Source: a virus
IMG/VR virus record: IMGVR_UViG_3300024520_000055
Span: 19,448 to 83,447 of that record
DNA length: 64,000 nt
Strand: one strand, 5' to 3'
Shown: piece after piece, positions 30,714-38,006 of the stretch
Numbering within the stretch: the first letter of the stretch is position 1
Layout: each line of letters begins with the position of its first letter
Made by a program: the position numbers and the translations under genes
Notes under the pieces: model-generated
Seen by the model: only the letters and a program-made list of their open reading frames with translations
Databases searched by the model: none
What the model was told of the DNA's origin: nothing

Positions 30714-31706
30714 TCCTGCTTTCTAAGCGCTTTTCACCTTGAACGGGCCTGGAGCCTGCTTTCTTAGAGAGGCCATGATCGTAGTGGCGTAGCCAAGCGC
30801 AGCGCCTACGATCATGGATTCCTGTCCCGCTTTCTCGGGGTCCACTCCTCCGCCGACGGCTACGTCGACGGCTGCCTCGTAGAGGGAAGGCATTGCCAAC
30901 GTATCGCTGGCTACCACTAAGGTACAAAGCAGGAAAAGGAAAACCTGTTTTCTTGGAGACCCGCGAGGCAAGAGGCGCAGCCTGTGCCGTGTCGGGGTAT
31001 TTGGCCGTTGCTTTCTAGGGAGGCGTGTTATTCCCAGAGACGACGCAGGAGGGTCGGGAATGACACGTTCTTGGACCTTGCTTTCTACGGGGCTTGGGAT
31101 CCGCAGTGCTGTGTGGACCGAAGGGAACTCACAGCGGCGAGGATCCGAGCCTCTGGCGCGTTGCTTTCTGCGAGGTGATACGGGACGTACGGACTCCTGT
31201 CCCGCCTGCTTTCTCAGGGGCCTCCCAGTCGGCGACAAGGTGTCGAGAGTCAATGCTCGCGTATCGCGAGCTACCCGTCAGGGTACAAAGCAAGCGAATA
31301 TGGAAACGTCTCCTTAGGGAGGGTCCGCCGAGGCGGCCAGCCCCAGTTCGAGCTGAGTACGTAGTCTCAGGGTACTGCGTCCGCGTAACGCGGACTTCCC
31401 AAACGGGACGAGACGTTGAAAACTGGAGTCCACTTCCTCAGGGTTAGTGCTCGAGCTCGTCGACACGGTCTCGAGGAGTACAGCTCCTCAGACCGGAACG
31501 AAGTCCCGAACTCTGTGTTGGCGTATCACCAACTGCCAAGTGGCACGAAGTGGAAAAGCGATGTCTATCTTCTCGGGGTTGGCGCCGGCCGGCGCCGGGC
31601 GAGCTCGAGCTGAGCGCACCTCTTCCGAGCCGCAAGGCGAGGAAGAGGTTCTCTCAAGGGGCAACGTCCGCGTAGCGCGGACATCCCTTACGGGATCAAG
31701 ATAGAC
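30714..31706 (-). ncRNA. Array B: 5 retron-like msr-msd units plus 6 template-only hairpin cassettes
   Basis: Units at 31563-31706, 31429-31554, 31305-31417, 31204-31295 and 30825-30934, each bounded by its own 8-9 bp complementary arms. On the minus strand each reads arm-G-SL1-SL2(G-NUA-CG)-hairpin-CCCYRAG-arm'. Extra arm copies at 31161, 31077, 31008, 30944, 30755 and 30714. Confidence 0.8.
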
Positions 31707-31716
31707 GTAAAAACTT

Positions 31717-31992
31717 TCAGGCACGGATTTGTGCTTTCAATCGAGACGAGGCACTGAACGCGACCTGGGGGGTTGGTCGCAGGCGTCTCACTGCACCACT
31801 CTGGACGTCCCGAATCTTTCTCGCCTTGCGCGTGAAGATAGAGAACGATCCGAAAGACGGAATGCGAACACCTTTCTCTTTTACCAAACCGAGGGTCAGA
31901 ACCCTGAAGACGGCATCGACGGCAGCATTGGCCATGCTGATAGGGCAGTCCAATTCTTGAGCTACCATCCGGGCGACATCGGACTTGGTCAT
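31717..31992 (-). CDS. HU/IHF-family DNA-binding protein
   Basis: 'MTKSDVARMVAQ...AVDAVF...VRIPSFGSF...RKARKIRD..SG...VAFSAS..LK'; GGAGGAGG RBS. Confidence 0.92.
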   Translation of the reverse strand: MTKSDVARMVAQELDCPISMANAAVDAVFRVLTLGLVKEKGVRIPSFGSFSIFTRKARKIRDVQSGAVRRLRPTPQVAFSASSRLKAQIRA

Positions 31993-32013
31993 CGCGCCCT
32001 CCTCCGGTATAAT
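31985..32013 (+). promoter_or_regulatory. Putative sigma70-type promoter for the 32062 gene
   Basis: TTGGTC-17 nt-TATAAT. Confidence 0.55.
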
Positions 32014-32021
32014 CTGGACGC

Positions 32022-32050
32022 ATTTTACGGGAACACCGCCCCGCGCGCAA
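32022..32050 (-). promoter_or_regulatory. Putative sigma70-type promoter for HU plus array B
   Basis: Minus strand TTGCGC-17 nt-TAAAAT, about 30 nt before the HU ATG. Confidence 0.55.
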
Positions 32051-32061
32051 CCGGAGAAACC

Positions 32062-32829
32062 ATGATCGAGCACGTTGGATACGCCAAACAGATGTCGTTC
32101 CTGGCGCAGGGGGCAAAGGCAGCGCGCGACGCACCTGAAGAAGAGTGGAACAAGCGCGCGGCCAAAGAGTTGCTAGCGAAAGAAGACGCGCAACTGCTCC
32201 CCGTCGTCGTTGCGTCCCTGACCCTTCTCGGGACCGAGATCGCAACGTGGGAACCCGAAAGCATCTGGCTGGAGTACAAAGACAAAGCCGGAGGCGAGTT
32301 GCCCCCGATCAATCGGGAGAAGATTCTGGCTTCCCTCGCCATGACGCTGAACCCCGTCTTCTTCTGGGACCACCGCGCATTCCAGAACATCGTTTCGGTG
32401 GCCAACGGTGAGCCCAGCCAGCCGGACACATTGCAGGAGCCGACGCCTGCGGAGCTTTTGTGGGGCGCTGCGATCGGCGAGGCTGTCTGGAAAAGCGTTC
32501 ACTCCGAAGCACCCCCGTGGGGCGATGAGATCCAACGGTTCGCCGCCGTTGTCCTTTTCCGCGGGGGTCTCCAGGTGGCCCCAACACCGTTAGCGTGGTG
32601 CCAGGACCACCTGGACATGCTCTTTCGGAACTCACAGGGGCCCAGCCAGGACAAGCTGGAGGCGGAGTGGAGCAAACTTGACCAGAGCAGGCTCCCCGAC
32701 CACAAGTTCGAGGAGACTCCGGTTGATGTCCAACTCCATACTCTCGCGACCATGTTCCTGTACGCGCAATCGCAAGCCACGCAGACAGCCAACCAGCTCC
32801 TGAAACTCAGGAATGATCATTCGCGTTGA
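32062..32829 (+). CDS. Hypothetical protein
   Basis: GGAG RBS before ATG 32062, promoter-like element upstream, 255 aa. Confidence 0.65.
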   Translation: MIEHVGYAKQMSFLAQGAKAARDAPEEEWNKRAAKELLAKEDAQLLPVVVASLTLLGTEIATWEPESIWLEYKDKAGGELPPINREKILASLAMTLNPVFFWDHRAFQNIVSVANGEPSQPDTLQEPTPAELLWGAAIGEAVWKSVHSEAPPWGDEIQRFAAVVLFRGGLQVAPTPLAWCQDHLDMLFRNSQGPSQDKLEAEWSKLDQSRLPDHKFEETPVDVQLHTLATMFLYAQSQATQTANQLLKLRNDHSR

Positions 32830-34063
32830 AGTCGTCCCGCATCCGAGAGAGCCCGGAAAGCAGGGACCGCGACGCGTTCTTGAAGCTCGGGTTCGAGAAC
32901 ATCGCCTGCCCGACCTTTTCCATGTAGGTCTTGTACTCTTCCTCCTCGCCCGGTTCGGCGCGGAGCTTGCGAAAGAACACCTGCATCAAGTCTCGCATCC
33001 CTGCGTTGCTCAGGTCGTCCATCAGCCGCGCGAGGGAAGGGACGATTTTCTGTGGGTCCGGGTAGGACCTCATTTGCAAGGCCACAGCGTGTAGAAGTTC
33101 AGAGATGACCGTGTGGTTCCCCTGCTCCATGTGGTACACGACCTTCCGGTGCACCTGGCTGCGGTCGTTTTCGTATTTGGCCAGAACCTCGGCGGGATCG
33201 ATGGAGCCCGAGTCCTTTTGGAGGTCCTCGACAACCTTCTCGGCGACGCCCATTCCCACCATTGACCCGAGAGTGGGTTCCAGGAGGGCCAGTTGTCTCC
33301 GCGAGAGGCCGCCAATGTTGTCCGTGTTCGCCTGCGCGATCAACGCCTTGAGAACATCGTCCACATCGTCCCACACGGCAGGACACCCATACGGGCCCTC
33401 GTGGTTGTCTCGCATTTTGACGTCGTGGATCACGGAGGGGTTGGACCGCAGGTGCTTCAGCAACGGGGGAAACATCTTCTTCCGTTTGGTCGCGTATTTG
33501 ATGTAGTCGTCTCCCGTCGGCTCGACCCAGAAGAAGCGCAGCCTGCGCCGCACTGCGGGATCTCGGAACTTGGGGCTGGCATCGTATAGCCCCGAAGCCG
33601 GGTTCATGGTCAGCGCAACGCACCAGTTGTCCGGAAGGACGAACTGCATGAACTTGCGCATCCGCGTATCCACGAGGCTGAAAATGTGCTTGAGGACACG
33701 GTCGTCACAACGACCAACGTCGTCCATGACCATGACGCCGGGCTCGGTGCTGTTCTGGATACTTTGGAGGAAGTCCGCGAGCACGGGGTGGAGTTGCGTC
33801 ATCTCCTGATCGGGAATCATCGTTCCCCATTCGGCCCCTTCGGTGAAGTTGGCCATGGGAACAACCTCGGCCCGCCACTTGAGTTCTTCCTCAATGTAGC
33901 GAACGGTTTCTGTTGTCTTCCCCACTCCCGAGTCCCCGATGAACAGCGGCACCTTCTTCTGTGGGCCGCACCACGAGGTCTCACAGTGGAAACCTATCTG
34001 ACCAACTGATATGATGGGGCACTGTAGACGGTCAACGAACTTGGCCTTGGGATCTCTGGCCAT
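32807..34063 (-). CDS. MoxR-like/AAA_5 ATPase
   Basis: Walker A 'GDSGVGKT', Walker B 'VMVMDD', sensor 'TMNP', Arg finger 'PAVRRR'; AAGGAG RBS; vWA partner 3 kb away. Confidence 0.85.
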   Translation of the reverse strand: MARDPKAKFVDRLQCPIISVGQIGFHCETSWCGPQKKVPLFIGDSGVGKTTETVRYIEEELKWRAEVVPMANFTEGAEWGTMIPDQEMTQLHPVLADFLQSIQNSTEPGVMVMDDVGRCDDRVLKHIFSLVDTRMRKFMQFVLPDNWCVALTMNPASGLYDASPKFRDPAVRRRLRFFWVEPTGDDYIKYATKRKKMFPPLLKHLRSNPSVIHDVKMRDNHEGPYGCPAVWDDVDDVLKALIAQANTDNIGGLSRRQLALLEPTLGSMVGMGVAEKVVEDLQKDSGSIDPAEVLAKYENDRSQVHRKVVYHMEQGNHTVISELLHAVALQMRSYPDPQKIVPSLARLMDDLSNAGMRDLMQVFFRKLRAEPGEEEEYKTYMEKVGQAMFSNPSFKNASRSLLSGLSRMRDDFNANDHS

Positions 34064-34077
34064 GTTGGAGGCTCCTT

Positions 34078-35745
34078 TTGGGTGCTCCCAGTAAAAACCC
34101 GATCGAAGTTCGGCGCTCCGAGTTTACCGAGAAAGCCCTGCGCCTTGAAGGGCGCCCGTTCAGTTTTAAGGGGTACGAACTCTTCATCCCTATCTACGAT
34201 TCCCACGCTGATGAAACTCATCTGATGACGGGGCGCCAAGTCGCGAAATCCACAACGTGCGCCAACTTCAGTCTCGCCGAAACCGCGATCATTCCTTTCT
34301 TCAAGATCCTTTACACCTCACCGACCCGCGAGCAGACTCGCAAGTTCTCCACCACCAGGGTGGGGAAGACCATGGCGCACTCTCCGGAGTATCGCAACCT
34401 GTACGTCCATCCTGAGCTGTCGCAAAACGTGCTCCAGAAAATCATGCGTAACGGATCGGAGTTGCACTTCACCTACGCCGCCGACGACCCCGACCGGGCC
34501 CGCGGAATCTCTGCCGACAGGCTCCTCGCAGACGAGACCCAGGATGTGCATTACGACGCAGTCATCCCGGTCCTCCGTGAGTGTCTGTCCGCCTCGAAGT
34601 ACGCTTACATCACCACTGCTGGGACTCCGAAGACCATGGAGAACTCAATGGAGTTCCTGTGGCGGAGGTCAACGCAGCACGAGTGGGGTCTGCGCTGCCC
34701 CGGGTGTTCGAAGATCAACTTCATTATCGATGAGAAGTCGATCGGCCTGAAAGGTCCTATCTGCAAATACTGTGGGCACCTGCTCGACGTGGTTCCGAAC
34801 TACCACCCGCGCTTCGACAAGCGGAATGGCTTCTGGGTACCTGCCAACCCAGACAAGGATAGACAGGGCTTCCATATCCCGCAGCCGGTGCTGTCTCTCC
34901 ACGCCAACGACCCGAAAAAGTGGAGGATGCTCCTTTCCAAAATGCCCGACGGGGACGCGGGATACTCCCTTTCGCGGTTCAAGAACGAGGTCCTGGGCGT
35001 CTCCGACGCTTTGGGCAAGCGTATGATCACGCGCGATCATCTCATCTCACTGTGCGACGCCAATGAGACGTTCGCGTCACCTCCAAATAAGGGGTGGAAC
35101 AAGGGAATCAGCAACATCGCCGCAGGGATCGACTGGGGAGGTGGTAGCGTTATCAAGAAGGGCACCTTGTCCGACATGGACGTCGTCTCCCGTACGGTGC
35201 TGTGGATCTGGGGGATGTGGAAGGGGCGTGCGTACAAATGTCTCTTCTACAAAGTGTTCCCCGCGGACCACCCCATCCACGACATCGCGGAGATCATCCA
35301 CTACCTGAAAGAGTTCAACGTTGAGATGGTTTATGGCGACGCGGGCGAAGGACACGTTGCCAACAGCATGATCCAGGAAGCCCTCGGACCGGGGCGTCTC
35401 TACCAATGCCAGTATGGTTTCCACAAGAAACCGCTCACCTGGAATGCACACGATCGCTACCTGTTGGACCGCACCACCATCATCGACTGCTTCTTCCTCC
35501 AGCGCGTTCTAAAAAAGAGGGTGGTCTTCGCCAACAAACAGCAGATGACTGCGGCGTTTGATGACTTCCTCGCCGAGTATGAGGAGGTCACCATGGACGG
35601 AACGGGGCGCCGCGTGTGGCGGCATGCCCCGGCCGAGCCCGATGACGCGTTGCATGCAGCTATCTTTGGCTGGCTCGCAATGATGAGCCTGACCACAGAC
35701 TACAACGACATCGCCGCTTTCGACACGTCCCTGATTACGCAGTAA
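34078..35745 (+). CDS. Terminase large subunit (GpA-like)
   Basis: 'GRQVAKST', 'YTSPT', 'RARGISAD...DETQD', Zn ribbon CPGC/CKYC, nuclease 'GIDWG' and 'PDDALHA'; GGAGG before TTG. Confidence 0.92.
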   Translation: MGAPSKNPIEVRRSEFTEKALRLEGRPFSFKGYELFIPIYDSHADETHLMTGRQVAKSTTCANFSLAETAIIPFFKILYTSPTREQTRKFSTTRVGKTMAHSPEYRNLYVHPELSQNVLQKIMRNGSELHFTYAADDPDRARGISADRLLADETQDVHYDAVIPVLRECLSASKYAYITTAGTPKTMENSMEFLWRRSTQHEWGLRCPGCSKINFIIDEKSIGLKGPICKYCGHLLDVVPNYHPRFDKRNGFWVPANPDKDRQGFHIPQPVLSLHANDPKKWRMLLSKMPDGDAGYSLSRFKNEVLGVSDALGKRMITRDHLISLCDANETFASPPNKGWNKGISNIAAGIDWGGGSVIKKGTLSDMDVVSRTVLWIWGMWKGRAYKCLFYKVFPADHPIHDIAEIIHYLKEFNVEMVYGDAGEGHVANSMIQEALGPGRLYQCQYGFHKKPLTWNAHDRYLLDRTTIIDCFFLQRVLKKRVVFANKQQMTAAFDDFLAEYEEVTMDGTGRRVWRHAPAEPDDALHAAIFGWLAMMSLTTDYNDIAAFDTSLITQ

Positions 35746-35746
35746 A

Positions 35747-37388
35747 TCGCCTTCTCTTGGAGTCCCAGCGGAGTCGCGTGGACCTCCCGTCAGGGACGGT
35801 GGACGCGGCTCCGCTGGGATCTTGTCGCCTTCTCTTCGCGTCAGCCGGACTGACGTCCCAACGGGCGCAGCCTCGTTGGGACAGATGGTCCGGGGGACCT
35901 TGTCGCCTTCTCTCAATGTCCACGACGTGCTCGGCGTGCCGTGAGCTCGTCGTAGGAATCTGTCGCCCTTTTCGAAGTGTGCGCCGTGGGCGTCGCTCTC
36001 GAGCGACGCACGCGTTTGCATCCTGGCCCTTTTCTTGGTGTGCCAGAAGAACCAGGTCCGGGTGCAGCCCGGAACCAGGTCTTCGGATACCTGTGCCCTT
36101 TTCTACGTGGTAGCAAGGCTGGCCGACCGTAGGGAGCTCTTCTTGCTGACACCTGTCGCCCTTTTCTACGGCGGCAGTCCGAGAGGAGCTCGAAGCCCTG
36201 CTTCCTTGGTACAAGGAAGAGGGGAAGCTGAGCTCCTCCAGGACGGCGGTCTGGCCCTTTTCTGGGCGCTCTGGATCGGGCCGCCACGAGCTGGTCGGGC
36301 GTTTCCGCCCAGCGTGGTGGCGGCCGGATACAGGGGTGCGGCCCTTTTCTACGAAGGCAAGGTCTCTCACTGTGTGAGACCTGGCGTTCTGGCCCCTTTC
36401 TTGAAGGCCTCGTCTCGTGAGCTCGTGGAACGAAGTGTAAGGAGCTGCGGGAGACGGGGACATTCTGGAACCCCTTTCTGGGCGTGTAGAGCCTGAGCAC
36501 AGTCGTTGCTTGCGTATCGCAAGCTGCCTCGGGTCAAGGCGCAAAAGGGCAAACTTTTCTCGGTGGCGCGGAAACGAGTCGTGAGTCGAAGACGAAACGA
36601 ATCGTCACCGGCACGAGGACCTTCTCTCAACGTCGCCAGGCGTCCCCTCCGTCCCAGGATGGGACAAGGAGGGGTCCAGTGGGGAGGTTGGACAATCACC
36701 TTCTCTTGGCGAACTCACGGCGGCGTTCGAGCGCGCCAGGGTACGCAGTACCCAGCGAGACGACGCCGGATCCGGCTTTCTTACTGCACACGACCGAAGC
36801 AGGGGCGACCCTGGCAGGGAGTGGGCTGTCAGAAAGACGGGTGTTGCCTGACGAGGTATGCCTTCTCTCAGGGGACGCATCCGCGACCAGGCTGTCGAAG
36901 ACTAAGAACAACGATTCTGGCGATCCATGTGCGCGTAACGCGCACTACCACAACAGTGGTACAGAAGGCGAAAGTATCTGGGTTAACCTTTTTCTCAGGG
37001 GAGGGAGCACGTGATCCGGATAAACCATACGCTCGAGGTCCTCCGGCGGAAGGGCGCCAGGTCGAGGTGACGGGATCGGAGCTCCCGGACCCCGCGGCAC
37101 GTCGACCTGCCGAAACCAGCCCCACGCGGGCTGGGGCGCAACACGACGCTCGTATCACGAGGCAGGTCGACGGTGCCCAGCGGCAATGTCCGCGTAACGC
37201 GGACGGCTCGCACGCATGCTGCAAATGCTTGCAAGCGCAAAAAGGTTAAACTGTATTTATATCGGTCTGGCTCTTTCTCGGGGGACCTCCCCGTGGCCAT
37301 CAAGCTGCTCGTCTTGATGGCCGCGCGGTTGTAGCTACCGCACCTCGTTGCGTGCGTAGCGCACGCTCGCAGTATTGCGACAAAGAGC
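35747..37388 (-). ncRNA. Array A: 4 retron-like msr-msd units plus 14 template-only hairpin cassettes
   Basis: Units at 37270-37388, 36983-37249, 36860-36971 and 36471-36550. Short repeats GCCCTTTT-CT or (TCG)CCTTCT-CT (+ strand) recur every ~50-90 nt, separated by unique hairpins. Confidence 0.8.
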
Positions 37389-37579
37389 TAAACTGGGTCG
37401 ATTGTACTAATGTCCTTGATGTAGATCAGAGTCCCGTCCAGCACGAGGCTGTACTTATCGAACTCATCGATCTTTCCCGTGAGCACTGCGGGGTGTGGGC
37501 TGATGCGGCGCACCTCGATCCTGGTGCCGCTTTTCTCCCACGTTGCAAGTCTCTTCTGGTCAACTCGGGGTTTGGGCAT
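37388..37579 (-). CDS. Hfq/Sm-fold RNA-binding protein (63 aa)
   Basis: 'LTGKIDEFDKYSLVL...LIYIKDISTIDP' aligns with Hfq Sm1/Sm2 'LQGQIESFDQFVILL...MVYKHAISTVVP'. Confidence 0.78.
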   Translation of the reverse strand: MPKPRVDQKRLATWEKSGTRIEVRRISPHPAVLTGKIDEFDKYSLVLDGTLIYIKDISTIDPV

Positions 37580-38006
37580 TCGCAGCTGCCCCCAATTGAG
37601 AGACCCGGAAACCCTGCAAGTACTTGAGGTACATCGGGCGCAAGATTGCCGGGCCGACTGTGGTGTAGATAACATGTCTCTTTCGAACTTCCATCCAGTT
37701 GACGGCGAACTCCGCAACGGAGTAGCGAGCCTGTACTTCCCCCGGGGTCGTGGGGCTGGGCTCAAGGTGTGCCTGAATGGGCCATTCGAGACACAAACAA
37801 GAGGCATCCTCTTTTACCGGAATCCCGTAGATATTTCCGAGCTCCACCACCCGGTACATGTGAACAGGGAATGTTGCTTTCCCCCGCTCTAGTGCGTGAA
37901 TGTGTTGTTCAAGAAGTTTCTGTCGGTTTTTCACGTCCAGGAGTTCTCGGGTGTCGTCGATGAGCAGATCCCTCGGGGAATCTACCAAGTAACCAGATTG
38001 GTTCAT
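37560..38006 (-). CDS. Hypothetical protein
   Basis: ATGA-coupled to the DNA polymerase gene; 148 aa. Confidence 0.6.
   Translation of the reverse strand: MNQSGYLVDSPRDLLIDDTRELLDVKNRQKLLEQHIHALERGKATFPVHMYRVVELGNIYGIPVKEDASCLCLEWPIQAHLEPSPTTPGEVQARYSVAEFAVNWMEVRKRHVIYTTVGPAILRPMYLKYLQGFRVSQLGAAANAQTPS

Noticed and set aside
30610-31724. Track ORFs over array B (176, 117, 105 aa etc.)
   Set aside because: Low-complexity translations of the repeats with no protein motifs.
35747-36870. CRISPR array
   Set aside because: Repeats are only about 8-13 nt and degenerate, and spacers vary in length and are self-complementary hairpins. No cas1/cas2 or effector genes are present; the two Cas4-like nucleases sit in the replication operon.
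37250-37268. Internal promoter in array A (minus-strand TATAAAT)
   Set aside because: AT-rich and -10-like, but there is no recognisable -35 at a suitable spacing; it may simply be a linker or processing site.
35509-37303. Track ORFs over array A (269, 247, 195 aa etc.)
   Set aside because: Arg/Pro/Ser-rich, no convincing RBS or motifs; the region is explained by RNA structure.
30714-37388. Tandem intrinsic terminators on the + strand (hairpin plus CCTTTTCT)
   Set aside because: The pyrimidine tracts are short and separated from the stems. They are better explained as exact complements of specific msr arms, with covariation. Some incidental termination cannot be excluded.
30825-37388. Hammerhead or other self-cleaving ribozymes, or tRNAs, in the arrays
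   Set aside because: No consistent CUGANGA/GAAA core on either strand and no tRNA cloverleaf with T-loop consensus seen.
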